64,000 nucleotides of DNA from positions 28,086,001-28,150,000 of the forward strand of contig CM060731.1 of the NCBI GenBank assembly GCA_030704615.1, read 5' to 3'. Made by a program: the position numbers and the translations under genes. The notes beneath the pieces were generated by a model, which saw only the letters and a program-made list of their open reading frames with translations, did no database searches and was not told the origin of the DNA. Below are positions 1 through 13,350 of the stretch, piece by piece. Every line of letters begins with the position of its first letter. The stretch's first letter is position 1. Source of the stretch: Takakia lepidozioides (taxonomy: Eukaryota > Plantae > Bryophyta).

Positions 1-397
1 GCTATCAACAATATATCTTGCAAGTTTTGTGGTTGTCATCTTCAAAAACCTCAAACCATGAATAATTGTAGGTAAGTATCTCACGACCTTTTCAATATAG
101 AAGATGGGCTATATCAAGATTATAGCTGTACAGAGGTAGACAATCATAATGGAGGAAACCTCTTTTAATTCTTTGAATGATTCATTTTATAGGATTCATT
201 TTGCTTTGAATGATCCATAAAAAATAAATGATTTCATTTTGCAGGATTCATCCTTAGTTTAACGGCCTGCGAGGGGTCCTCTCGCGTTAAGAGGTTCTAT
301 CCTATCAACTTTATCATGTTAATTTTGGGGCTTTAATAGGGGGGGGGGGGGGGGCTAAGTTTGTTTCACTTCAACTATTTTACTATTGAGACAACAA

Positions 398-1060
398 TAT
401 ATGAAGCGAGACGTTTATTTCGTTTTGTTTTGTCACGTTGAAATGTCCCAAACCGCAAAGGCGCAGCCTGGTGCTTGGTACCGTTGGAAAGCCCTTGATG
501 AGGAGGGGTGCACCAGCTTGGCTCATGATTTTTGGACATGTGGTGTGGGAGAAACGGAATTTCAAGTACTTTTGGTCACCAAAAATTCGGGAAAAATAGC
601 AAAGTGAGTTTTGGGACAATGATTGGAGCCTCGACATGAGATATATCAAAATAATTGGATATATTACTACTCAATTAATTCATGGAAAAAAATAAATCGG
701 GCCTTGACATGGGAGATGTACTTGGATACATAGGAGATTGCAATTGGGCTTAGATGACATTGGACACTTGGGCCTCTACGTAGGAGATGCACCTGGATAC
801 ATGAATAGAACATTGCACTTGGGCTTATATGGGCCTCGACATAGGAGACGCAGTGGGATACGTAAGAGATCTTGCACTTGGGCTTAAATGACACTGGACA
901 CTTGGGACAACGGCACAGGCTACCCTATGAAGCGAGACATTTGTTTTGTTTTGTTTTGTCATGTTGAGATGTTCCAAACTGCAAGGCCCCAGCCCTGATG
1001 CTTGGTACCGATGGAAAGCCCTCAGATGAGGAGGGGTGTGTCGATCAATTTTTTGGATCA
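398..1060. repeat. Dispersed/tandem repeat cluster, also present at ~3746-3960
   Basis: atgaagcgaga...ggtaccg.tggaaagccc occurs at ~401 and ~927. gggtgcacc...gggacaatga occurs at ~507 and ~3743. About three degenerate gggcc.cgacat.ggaga units lie at 698-910. Confidence 0.75.
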
Positions 1061-1158
1061 TAATTTAGAATAGTACATTTTATGTACATTAGTATATATT
1101 TTATGAAGTTTAGTACGAAATCATAGTAAGAAATCATAAATAAAATGGAATTCTAGCA

Positions 1159-1785
1159 ATGGCAGAGCCGGAGGACCAGTCAAAGGACAACTCCTTGATT
1201 CCGGGATTGACAGACCATGTGATACTAGAATTCGTTGCACAGGTGCCTCGTTATTATTATTTATCGTTGAAAGGTGGTTGTAAGAAATGGCAGAATGCGC
1301 TAACGGTGGTTGATGACGAAGGCCGCAACGACGTCCTTGAGACTCGCACACGGGTAGAGATCAAGGAGGAATGGGTTTACATGTTGGCTGGTCCTGCACA
1401 CAATGTACAGCCTCTCATAAGTGCACGGAAGTGGTGGGCGTTTGATTCCGTTAGTACGCATTGGCGTTGTTTGCCAGACTGCCCTGTGGATTATACCTTT
1501 GAAGTTTCTGACAAGGAATCGGCAGTTACATGAACTCAACTTTTGGTTTGCGGACAGTACTCTAGAGGCTACATGGTATGGAGGTATGATTTAGAACTCA
1601 ACGAATAGTCTTCAACGCCCAGAATGATTCAAGATCGATGTCTTTTTGACTCAGCAAATGTGGGCAAATATGTCTATTTGTATTAGAAGTCTCACCAATA
1701 GACGACTCTCAAAGCAATCAAGCGCTACAACTCGCTACTTCAAGCATGGGAACCTCTCCCCGTTCTCAACATAGCACGGGAAATG
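1159..1785 (+). pseudogene. F-box/kelch-repeat protein pseudogene
   Basis: F-box LIPGLTDHVILEFVAQVPR...CKKW is followed by kelch-like WWAFDSVSTHWRCLP. Homology continues past TGA 1531 (TQLLVCG...VWRYDLELNE*SSTPRMIQDRCLF...RYNSLLQAWEPLP) with several in-frame stops, then is truncated near 1785. Confidence 0.85.
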
Positions 1786-4509
1786 GAGCTAATGGGAAAA
1801 CAAGGATAAATATGAAACGTTGGATACTGGCTAATCAAGGGTAGCGATCCTCACTTCCTAAACAGATGAATGACATGGATGAGGAGCAACATTCATGAGG
1901 ACTTAAAACGACTCATGTATCAATGTAAGTTGGTCATGTCCCTGAATGGATGAAAGTTACAGATGGATGAAAATTATGAGGAAGAATGAAAATGGATGAA
2001 ATCAGTGGATGGATGAGAGAGCACAGGATGGATGAATTTATAGGATGGATGCAAAAGGGATGACATTACTAGGATGGATGAAATCAGAAGTATCCAGGTT
2101 TGCTTGGCCAACAAGCTTCCCATTAAATTTAATGATTAATTTCTAATTTTCCTATTGGCCCAAAAGAAGCATAAAATGAGGCTTGGGGGAGTGGAAAGCA
2201 AGTAGTATCAATCGAGAGAGTACCAGTGAGCGACTAGCACGATGCAGAGAGCACGGTGGAGGGCAGCCGTTAGAGTTGGAGAGCATAAAGATGGAGAGAG
2301 AATCAGTAGTAGTGAGCGATGGACTCGAAGTTACAACTATTTTGTTCCAGATTTGCAATCGTATCTAGTTCTTTCCGCTTGTAATTGAGTGAAGTGATGA
2401 CTTGATCCGATCAACCCTATCGGAGTGTCAAGTGTAACGCTAATCTAAACAAGGGCTGGTAGGACGTCCAGTTCTTGTTTTGCTTTTCAAGTCATTGGCT
2501 TTATGATTCTGCTCATTTGTTGGCAAACTAGATCTGCTTTAGTGGGGTCTTATTGATCCATTTCCATGCTAGTTCTTTCTGATAACAGAGAATAAAGATA
2601 ATTCTCCCAATAGAACCTAACATTAGTGAAATCAGAGCCTTATGTCCTCATAAATTAATTTTTGAAATCAGTTTTTCTTACACTGGCACACAATTGCAGA
2701 TGTTGGGGACTTGTCATTTTTCATGTATGAAAGGGTTCTCATTTCTTTAATACAAAATCGATCTGCTTTAGAATATGTTCTTGAAAGTTTTCTATGCTAG
2801 TTCTTGTTGATAGCAGAGAATAAGGCTAATACTTCCAATAGGACCTAAGATTAGCCAGATCAAAGCCAGGGAACATAAAATATGAAGTTTTGAAAGTAGT
2901 TGTTTTTAAACTGGAGCAACAAAAGTCTATGGTGTAGAATTATGTTTGGCTGATACGATTTGACCTATTTACTTCTGCTAGTAAGATATCTGAGTGGAGT
3001 CTTCTTTGAGTCATAAAATTAAGATTACTACAGCACTAAAAGTTTGTAGTTATAGTAATTATTGCCTTGTTTAAGAGATATTAATCTCTAAAGTAGGCAG
3101 TATATGCTAGCAGAATTTGGGACTTGGTCATATCCATGGCACTGATTCTGCAAAGACATATATGTTTGAACGATTTGAGCTAAATCCTTTTTATGGACCT
3201 TGATTCACAAACTATGTTGAGTAAAGCTTAGGTTAGAGCTTCTGTTTTACATCAAGTGAATTGAAGAACCTAGTAGGGACTCATGGATTTTTGAAAACAG
3301 GGAATTTTAACTGCCAGGCCATGTTAAGAGTGAGATTTGACTATTGTGTTTAAATAACTAAAAGAAACCCGCTTGTAACAATATCTCTAGATTAGTTTGA
3401 TAGTTAGTCTAGTAACTTACATTTTCGAGGTTGGGGGTTCCACTCCTGCCGGCCGCAACTTGCTTAGTTTTGCTTATTTGTTTATAATCCTTTTAATACC
3501 GAGGGTAATTATACATTCGCATTACTGATTTCTGGACTATTGTTTTCGTAAATACGTCAATGAGTTAGTACTAACTGTTGGTTACAAATTACAAACGCAA
3601 ACACTTATAACATAGAAATTTTTTAAATCCACACTAGCAGCACCCTTGGAGCTAGGCGGCGCCTTTGGGACCTAACCTGACTCTGTTTAACACGAACCTT
3701 AAATTAAGTATGCAACTGTTAATGGGGTGCATTAATGGTTCACAGGGTGCACCGGCTAGGTCTCATGATTTTTGGACATGCGGTGGGGGAGATGTGGAAT
3801 TTCAAGTACTATTGGTCCATGGAAATTCCCGAAAAATAGCACAGTGGGCTTTCCTGGGACAATGAGTGGAGCCTCGACGGGAGATCCGGCTAGATATCAA
3901 TATATGAAGCGAGAAATTTGTTTTGTTTTGTAGCGTCGTTGAGATCCCCCGAACAACGGGCCCAACATATATAGGTAATAAACCAAAATTAAGTTGTTGT
4001 ACATTCAAAAGTACTTCACAATTACACAAACAACACATCTTACAATAATCTGATAGTCATATTGGAATAATATATAATTTATCGACTTCAAATTAATGGT
4101 ACATTACTGGTGCATCCCTCCCTAACTTATACTCAAGTATCACCGACCACTAGAGGTTGTGGGTCCAAACCATGTGTTGGACATCATAAATGTGTCCAAC
4201 TTTGCACCAAAAGGCGATAGCCCTTCGAATCCAGTCTGGGTTTGGTTATTTGCTAGAAAAAGTCGCCGGTTCCAAATACGGGTCTGATTATGTAAATAAT
4301 TTACTTAGAATCATTTAAAAAGTCAATGATTTTTTGGGAAAATAAAAATGAAAAGGTCCTCTTGGTCAAATGAATATTATAAATTACACTATTCAAACAA
4401 ATAATCATTGTATCAAACACAAACTTTGGAACAACGTCCCTTTTATGTTTATGAAAAACAAATAAATATTTGTCTGTGTCAAACCACGACATGGATATTT
4501 GTCGATGCA

Positions 4510-6055
4510 AATGTATAATGCAGATACCTAGTAACGATAGGGATATTGTGTGGTTCGGGGGCCTTCTTTGAAACATGCTCGCATTAATAAGGATAAATCA
4601 TATGGATTTAGGATCAACATGAGAACTCAGAAGCTTGTGAAGTTGTCAAATTCCTTAGTATATTTCTACATCCACGTTATTACGATTTTGATTTCGTATG
4701 TAATAACTTTGAGATTGTACAATCATATAAAATATGAATGGTTGAATATATATTACACATATATAAAATTGAGCAATTGACCGTACTGTGAATAAGATAT
4801 TACAAATATATGGTTATAAGCCTGTAGACCTTGTAAAGCATGTCAAGGACAAGAGAGTTTCAGTCGATTTCGACATTGAGGATGAGGAGTGGCGTATCTT
4901 GGAGGGTGCCCCCACTACACGACCAGGACTACTACTGCTTGTGACCTAGACAACTTGGTTATGAATGCTGAAACTGGACCTGTGAGCATCGGGGCCATAT
5001 TTCCATGTTGTATTTGGAGTAGACAATCACATCTGCCTTCAGAATTAAGTCTCTGTTGTGTATGCACTTGTTAAATGTACGTCATGCCCCTTGATGACAT
5101 AATTTTGGACACGAGAGGTGCTTTAATTTCATGGTCGTAATGCACTCCATGTGAGTGGTACTCAATACAAGGTATGAGGGACATATGCATGTTTTTAATA
5201 ATTCCATTAAAACATAGTGGATACCCAATAAATTAGAGGTAATTTAAACATCATTCATTCTTGTATTCTTGAGCTCATGAGAATATGACTTGAGGATTTG
5301 AAAGTGTTTTAGGATAGCTAAGGTACGTTAAGCATCGTCATCTATGTTTCTTTAGCTTCTCAAAAGTCTTGAAAAGCGCTTGGAATAGGAGTGTTAATTC
5401 CGATAACCCCTTAAGGAGACTCATTCCAACCTTATATAAGCATCGTCATTTTTAAAACAAAGTCTTAGAAGACAATATAATTAAAACTATAAACGCAATT
5501 CGCCTTATGAATTAGAATGCTCAATCTCTATTTTGTTGGTAGGAACACAAACATACTCGTCGTATGGATAATTTTATGAACAAATCCGAGTGAGGGGACA
5601 GTTATTGAACCCAATCTATGTTGCTATCCATCTTCTATTTACAACGTTCTTCTTGCATAGATATTTAGGTATGAGCACGATTATATGTTACGTCTGCTAA
5701 GAGGTGGATAATTGTTTTGCTGGTTATTAATGATTTAGTCATAATTTGTTTCTTTATGTTAGTATGGGTTGTAAGATTTGAAATGCTACCATCCTAAACT
5801 AATATTTTTGTATCATGATGTAAGCCTAGATACAAACCCTGACCAATGACACCAATCTAAATTTGTATAAATGGCCGTTAACGACTCGTTCCTCATCAAG
5901 ATGAATTTTTGTCGTTTCAATCATTTGGGTATATTGGACAAGCCATCACCAAACATGAGAGCATTCAAAATATCTGTCGAGGATGAATGACTTGTTCTTT
6001 ATTAACAAGAATTGATCTTTTTATCAAACATTTTCAGCAATTCAATATGGATGAA
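4510..6055 (+). repeat. Long direct repeat, copy A (carries an extra ~0.9 kb at ~4735-5620)
   Basis: 4510-4735 matches 7188-7445, 5620-5960 matches 7448-7770, and 5966-6055 matches 8153-8241. Confidence 0.85.
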
Positions 6056-6119
6056 TAGCATATGGATGAATAGTTCACTCAATAGCAATGTCACTCGCAG
6101 AGATTTCCTGCTCAATCAA

Positions 6120-7180
6120 AGGAAGGGGAGAAACACCTCAAAATTACCACCACCAATTTCCAGGTTGCAGAATTCACCTTAAGCAAATTTGTCTTTGCCG
6201 AAATCAGGTATATGTGCCAAAAATGCTTTCACAACATCACCCAAGTCCATGTTGCCAATGACATACAAGTGCTGGTCAACATTCTCCATCACCTCTTCCC
6301 TTGAGGTGCCGACATCATGAAATATGAAGTTGTCTTCTTCCCCCAATTCAATCAACCTCCATACTTGAGATCCAAAACCGGCCTACTCAGGACATGCAAG
6401 AACAATATCTTCACAGATGGAAAGTAAAACCTTCAAGCAAGCTTTTTTAACGAGATGCTTAGATTTGGCCTTCAAATCGTTAGTACCGTCCACCTGTTCT
6501 TAGACGGCTGCGATATGTCTGCGCGGAGTTGAAATCTCATCAGAGAAGAATATGCAATTGCTATAAACCTCCCACTACATGTTGGGCCGGGTAGCATAAC
6601 GTTTCTTCATCTGCAAAAGAAGTCAAACAGTCAAACAATCATCTGTGATAAGCACTGGGATAATAAGCACTGGAATGAAATGCATTGGGACGATAAGGAC
6701 TGGGTTAAAAGAGATAAGGAGCTAAGAACCATGACCAATCATATCTGCTTAAGGAGTTCATTCTCACACTCACGACCATGAGAACGCTTCTTGTAGGAAT
6801 TCTAAACCTCTCTCAATGTGACCATTTTCTGAAGTCTCATGAGACGCTCCTTGCTGAGTTTCATGTCTTGCTTCAAGGCGTGAATCTCTTGATCGGAGTC
6901 ATTGATCCGCTTCAACAACATTGATTTTGTACTTTTCAACCGATCCCTAAGGTGTTCAATCTTCGAAACTATATCCTCATAGGAGGGACCAACCCTCACG
7001 ACCTTGACTCCCTGTTGGCCTTGTACCAAAGTCTTCGCATCACGAGCATTTGGGCTGACCGCCTGAACCAACAGGGTTCGATCCACACCCGCACAAAAAT
7101 CCATGCATGGGACCCCCTGGATAGCATGTTTTTCACAACCATCCTCTCAATCAAGTCACTAGTACTCATCCTGGAACAAT
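6120..7180 (-). pseudogene. Degenerate spliced gene of unknown family between the direct repeats, possibly TE-borne
   Basis: Coiled-coil-like ORF at 6802-7104. After an acceptor (ttttgcag) near 6611 a protein-like frame of ~160 codons (MKKRYATRPNM*WEVY...VKKACLKVLLSICED...FEVFLPFL) is broken only by TAG/TAA stops. Confidence 0.45.
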
Positions 7181-7187
7181 CCCATCC

Positions 7188-8241
7188 AATGTATAATGCA
7201 AGTAGTAATGATAGGGATATTGTGTGGTTCGGGGGCTTTCTTTAAAACATGTTCGCATTAATAAGGATACATCATATGGATTAAGGATCAACATGAGAAC
7301 TCAGAAGCTTGTGAAGTTGTCAAATTCCTTAGTATATTTGTACCATCCACGTTATTACGATTTTGATTTTCATATGTAATAATTTTGAGATTGTATAATC
7401 ACATAAAATATGAATGGTTGAATATAATACACATATATAAAATTATCGTGCTATCCGTCTTCTATTTACAACGTTCTTTTTGCATAGATATTTAGGTATA
7501 ACCACGATTATATGTTACGTCTGCTAGGAGGTGAATAATTGTTTTCCTGATTATTTACGATTTAGTCATAGTTTGTTTCTTTATGTTAGTATGGGTTATA
7601 AGATTGAAATGGTATCATCCTAAACTAATATTTTTGTATCATGATGTAAGCCTAGATACAAACCCTGACTAATGACACCAAACTAGATTTGTTTAAATGG
7701 CCGTCAATGACTCGTTCCTCATCAAGATGAATTTTTGTCGTTTCAATCAAGCCATCACCAAACATGAGACCAATGACTGACATTCGGTGTCAACGGCATG
7801 CAAAATTTTGTTTCTTCTTTTCTCTCTCGAAGCACCATTTCATTTCATTTCTTTGCCTAGTCTCTGTCTTCACAGCTATGGAATAGGAACAGGAACTGCG
7901 CAGGTTTCCTTCCCTCTGAATCTCTCGCTGGCTGTTAAAGATGTACTTAGAGAGGGACATTACGATGGAGTATTTTCAGGAAATCTTGGGAAGGTACCTC
8001 GAAATTCGCTTAAGTCGTAACATGAATCTCCTACAGATACTACATCCTCCTCCTCAAGCCTAATGCGTGGGCTGTCCTCCCTGTCCGCTTGTCTTTTTAT
8101 ACATGTTAGAACTGTTGAAACTTTTTCTTTTCCAGTGCAGTCCATTTGAGGTCAAAATATATGTCGAGGATGAATGACTTGTTCTTTATCTACAAGAATT
8201 GATCTTTTTATCAAACATTTTCAGCAATTCAATATGGATGA
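7188..8241 (+). repeat. Long direct repeat, copy B (carries an extra ~0.38 kb at ~7771-8152)
   Basis: Near-identical to copy A in three collinear blocks. Confidence 0.85.
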
Positions 8242-8633
8242 AAACAAATCTTTATTCACAATAGGTCCAGAGGATGAGTCATTGAGTAGTATTACTGGAG
8301 TCCTTAGATCTTAAATGGGTTGGCCGAGAAACTATTATTGAGAACAAAAGTATAAGGACCTACGAAGTATGCAGGTGATGCATTGAGAAGTACTATATGA
8401 CTTGGATTGTTGTGAAACACTTGTAAATAAGTCACATAGGGATGCCCATAATCTTGACAACATTTCATCCCGGATCAAACACATAATTCAGCATCAATTT
8501 TATTACAATGTAAAACAGTAATAAGATGTTTTTCGGATTGAACAACCCGTGTCTATATCTTCAATAGTGACAAGGACTATGGCTATGGAACTCTAAGCAT
8601 AATGAAAAAATAGTTTGAATGTTGTCAACAAAA

Positions 8634-9083
8634 CTATGGCCAAATGTATAAACATGGAGTAAGACGGGTGCCATTAACATAATGCCTCACCAAATCAAAA
8701 CAAACATCATTGATGTTCCACTCATATTGTAGAATGAGTGGATCTATGTTAGGTCCCATGCCCGCGTAAGGGTCTATACCGACGAGGTAGCTGGTGTCGG
8801 ATGGGTTGTTATAGAAATAGCAGCTGATCTCCGCATACACATTGTAGTGAGAATCGGGTGTTACACCGAAAGTTAGATGCTGATACACCGTCACCGTCTG
8901 CTCCGGGGTTTTGCCACCGGTGATCTCGTTGACACAAATGAAGGTGATATTGGTTTGTGATTCTCGATAGTTGTTGAACTCTATGAGCATTGGCACCATG
9001 AACTTGGCCGATATGCACGGCAAGTTTATCCCAGTGACCAGCAAGAGGCCCAGAGCTGTGACCAACCCCATGGACTCCTGCAT
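8634..9083 (-). CDS. Secreted S-protein homologue (SPH / plant self-incompatibility S1 family)
   Basis: Intronless ORF with first ATG at 9083 (alternative 9071) and a hydrophobic signal LVTALGLLLVTGINLPCISA. The mature part follows the SPH pattern IEFNN...TFIC...LTFGV...EISCYF...WNINDVCF...CLYIWP (4 Cys, C-terminal Trp). Confidence 0.7.
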   Translation of the reverse strand: MQESMGLVTALGLLLVTGINLPCISAKFMVPMLIEFNNYRESQTNITFICVNEITGGKTPEQTVTVYQHLTFGVTPDSHYNVYAEISCYFYNNPSDTSYLVGIDPYAGMGPNIDPLILQYEWNINDVCFDLVRHYVNGTRLTPCLYIWP

Positions 9084-10550
9084 ATTTCTTAAAACAATGA
9101 TTTGAGTAAGTGAGGGAAGCAGGGAAAGACACAAGAGTAGGATGCAAGAAATGAGAGCTCTAGACAATTTGGTTCTTTCGATATTAAGACATTATGTCTG
9201 TCGGCTCGCAAGGCCAAAAGATCCCTCTTAACCACTTCAATATACACTTGCCTATCGTACGTAGTAGTGGGTCCCAAACCCATGAAATCTGGTTATCTAC
9301 CATTCGAGTATATCACGGTCTGCTTGCACGCCCCAAGATCCGGTTGCAACCCGATGAGAAGGGGTTGTTACCAGGAATTCAGCCACCCAACTCACAACAA
9401 ACCAAGCCAGCTCGTACTGATATATAGCCACATTAGAGTTATCCGTAATTCCATAAATGCAAGTAGACTCGACCCACATCAAGGCGAAACTACAAAAGAG
9501 TAGGTGCCATTGTTATTTTTTGTATTGAGTCTATTAATACAATTAAATATTGAGAAATATGACATGGTCTAGATACTCCATACAAGCACTAACATTATTA
9601 ATTGTGGCAATGGAGTTGTAGATTCAGATATATTGTGAGATTGTATCGCCCATTATAATCTCTATTTGTGGTTAAAAATGTGAGGAAGGGGATCCACGGA
9701 TCTTCTTAACCTTAGAGTATATATATGTGCTGCTCGTTGGGGCATAAACAGTAGGCAAGTTTGAAATTGCTGCCTAGATATCTACTCAATTTTCCTTTTG
9801 CTTTTATCCATTTTACTGTTCATCTCTATAGTTCTCCAGGCCCTTCTTGTTTAGAAGCCTGTGTATTCTCTTGACAATAATAGTTAATGTGATGCTAATG
9901 TGGATTATGACAAGACGTTGGACCTAATGTTCTTCCTGCTGAGTTTTTTACATTGTTTTTTCCACTGCCCGACTTTACATTGTTTTCTATCTTTCTATGT
10001 AAAAACATTACTTCCCTATTGTACTTCACGTCTTGTGCATCAATTTTTCTATGTAAAAATTACATCCCTATTGTACTTCATTCTTTCTGTTTCCCAAGTC
10101 TTGTGTGATTTTTTCCAAGATTGGGAACATGTTTTTGTCCGTTGAATAAATGATTGAGCAACAACTCCATCCATTTATAAGCCACCAACCACTACATTAG
10201 GGCTATTCATCCATAGTCTAAAACGTTTAACCACTAACATGTTTGGGGCCACTTGCAATTGGATCCAATGTCTGGATTGTTCATCCATCAAGCACTTGTT
10301 GTCTGCATACACTACCCCTTAGTGACAACCAAGTTGTAGCCCAGCGTTAATGGGCACATACCACCTCGAAGTGGTTGTGGGTTCAATCCACCGATTGGTC
10401 TCGCAATGGTGTCCACTTTGAGGCAATATGTAGCCCTCCGCGTCAAGAGACACCATAATTTACGCTTCCTTTGGGAGGCACCATATATTGTTATTATTAC
10501 CCCTTATTAAAACTGATTTAAAAAATAAAAAAGGGGATGAAGCCCAAATA

Positions 10551-10746
10551 CCACCAGTCGGTAGCTCAGTTGGATACAGCACTGAGTACCACCCAGGTGA
10601 TTCTGGGTTCAAATCCTGCTACCTTGTCAGGTGTGGTATAATTCTTCTCCCACTTCCCTTCCCTAGAGCCTTGTGCTTGGCGAGGTTACTATGAAAGAGG
10701 TTGTTTTCTCCTCTCATAAGTTTTTAAGAAAAAAAGAGAAAAAAAA
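10551..10746 (+). mobile_element. tRNA-derived SINE
   Basis: A box gtagctcagttgg (10561), B box gggttcaaatcc (~10605) and an A-rich tail (10726-10746). Flanked by TSD gaagcccaaata (10539-10550) / gaagccccaata (10747-10758). Confidence 0.8.
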
Positions 10747-11736
10747 GAAGCCCCAATAATTTATTTCTGGGGAAAAAATAGCTGATTACATATTCATTAA
10801 CACCTACAATTTCATCCACAACTACATGCCAAAAGTAAATACCTATGTGTTATTGCAAAAATAGTCCTTGATATGAGATATGACCTACCTTCATCCATCT
10901 GTTCCCCCGCCTCATTCATCCCTGTCCATCTGCACACGAATCAAGCACGTTGCTCAAAGTGTGCTGGCACTGTGTACGTTTACCTCGGTAGGTACCTACG
11001 TACCTGCTAAGGTACGTACTACGTGCACTATGATGTAGGCAGGCAGGTACCTACCTAGAGAGACTTGTTCCTTATTTTAGCTCGTTTGTAGATGTGCTGC
11101 ACTGTCGGAATTTGGAGCTGTTGGACGGGATGAACTGAGGATGAACTATGTACAAGATTTATTTCATCATCTGTTGTTCTGACTTGAGTGTGGACATTTA
11201 ATACATTACAGTCATGGACATGGGAGTTGAGAGCATAATGCGTATTCTCCATCCATCCATCCATCCATCCATCGTTGCCAATTTTAACCTATGCACACAA
11301 CTAGGCAGAATAGCCGAAGCGGGCGGCACTAAATCCGGGTCAAGACGTCCAGACTGGACAGGAAGGGTGGCGGGCCCGCTGCTCCCGGCCCCCCGTTTTG
11401 CCGGGTCTACACCTAATGGAGATTTCAAACGTGGGATCTTTCCGGTTCGTCGCCTCTATCTCGGAGGTGGATGGAAAGTCCTACCAAGTTGCATGGATGG
11501 ATGAAACCTTGTGTTAGGATTATGTAGTTAGTAATTGATAAATATTATTACACCTAATTCGGATATCTGAATATAGCATAAAGCTGCCACAAAATCAAGT
11601 GGTTTCGGCTGACCGGCTATCGCCAGTATCATCTACGTGCAGCTACTGTCTGGCGACCACCGGAACGGAGAGGTGAGGTGTCAGTTTGTGACAGGTGAAG
11701 CCGGAAGTGCTATACCGGTTGGGCTATTAAAGAGTC

Positions 11737-13268
11737 TTTAATGCCCCGTACTAAACAGCGGCTGATACGCTGATCGCCACCGTCCACTGATAACGGCTTA
11801 ATTTTGTTCTTAAGTAAAGTCTCAAGGAATAATAAGTACATTTAGTGAGTACTTTAGGGATAACGAGCTCTTTAAAGTTAAACCTTACTAATAAGTGACC
11901 GTACACCTTAAGCCCGAGTATTTCAGAATATTTAATTACATAATTGTGCTGCTTTAAATAAAGAAAGTACATAATTAGTTAAGTGCAACCTGGGTCATAA
12001 AGGCCGATAAGTCAATCATTTAGAGAGTAAATAGTGGGCATGGCGCATTTAATACAGGCTGTAGGGGTCATAAATGGAGGGGATAGCAATCTTTGTGGGT
12101 GCAAATATGGGATAATTAAAGGGGGGTCAACAGAGGGTGTTTAATGCGTGGAGATTAAATAAGTCTTGTTGACTAGACCCGCAACAGGATCGTTAGTAAG
12201 ATAACGGGGGCGGTTAAGCTAATCAGGTGTATTGAGGGTGACCAGGAGGGTTGGTTAGGTGGGGGGCAGGCGAGGCACGTTTGGGAGTGGGGTGGAGTCG
12301 GCGCTGATTGCGCTTGGCTCTGAGGGCGCTGCGCAGGTTTGCTTGGAATTTTGCACAGCGATCAATGCAGCGGCTTTGGAGCAGAGCTCAGTAATTTGGT
12401 CAGTCTCTAGCCTGCCTCTGGGCATTATATTGCTTCATCAATAGAGTGGTTACTCTCTCATTGTGACCAGGATCTGCAGATGATCGGGGGAGATGAATGC
12501 TGGGATGCAGGCGAGCTGGGCATTATTTGATCTCTGCAGCCTTTGGAGAGACTAGATATGCAGTAGAGACCAGACTGGGTTTGCTGCCTGATGAATCAGA
12601 CAAGTTGTTAGCTTTTAGCTGCATATCCCAGGGCCCTGGCCACCTGATTAGGCTGTGCAGAAGGTAGCCTGGAGCCTTGCAGATAGGCAACAGTTCACCC
12701 ACTGCAGAGGGTAGGCCAGACATGTTGCAGGGCAAAATCCCGCAGGTGTTCTGATCCGGCTCAATGCCCTGGCTGCGTGCCTTGCCCTTTCTGTGAGACC
12801 TCCCTTTAACTAGTCTTCCGCCTGGCATAACATCTCACACGGGTTCTCTCTCTCGCCGCTCTCAACTACCTCTCCCTGAGGAACACTAGCCTCTCTGAGA
12901 CTCTGGAGCTCGTGTCCGCCACAGCCTCCTAATGTGAGACCCGGCTCTTCTATCTGGGCCTCTGTGCCTCCGGAGTCTGTGTTATTATCTTGAACACTCG
13001 TTTGTGTCATGGCTTCTTTCCACGTTTGTGTCGTGGTGGGGTGCACATGTGGTTGAAGTCTGAACTACTTAGCTTCTCTCATAGTGTGAAACTCACTGGT
13101 GTTAGTGATATGGCTTCTGGTAATGTGTGTGCATGTGTACGAACGAGTGTTTTTGTGCTGGAGACTGGTCGCTCTTTCTCCTCCTTTGCAATGTCACTTT
13201 GCTGGATGTGGTCTTCCTCGTTTGGGACATGAGTGAGTAGGAGTGACGTCGTCTGTCTGCCTTATACA
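11737..13268. mobile_element. Possible solo LTR / repeat-derived insertion upstream of expansin 1
   Basis: Starts with tttaatgccccgtac (close to the common LTR start TGTAATGCCCCG) and ends ...ttataca. No recognisable coding domain, and the TSD is poor (gagtc/gatta). Confidence 0.3.
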
Positions 13269-13350
13269 GATTAAATATGGTACCATGATCGCAGAGCTTG
13301 TAGGGAGCTGGCTTTTATATTAATGGGTTCTGTCTGCAATCTACAGGGCT

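Noticed and set aside
293-318. cctatcaacttt resembles 18S rRNA
   Set aside because: Only ~12 matching bases and no flanking rRNA similarity.
1786-3742. Possible solo LTR truncating the F-box/kelch pseudogene
   Set aside because: TE-like composition, but no matching termini or TSD could be identified.
10551-10630. Possible tRNA gene
   Set aside because: Acceptor and anticodon stems do not pair convincingly; the tail and TSD indicate a SINE.
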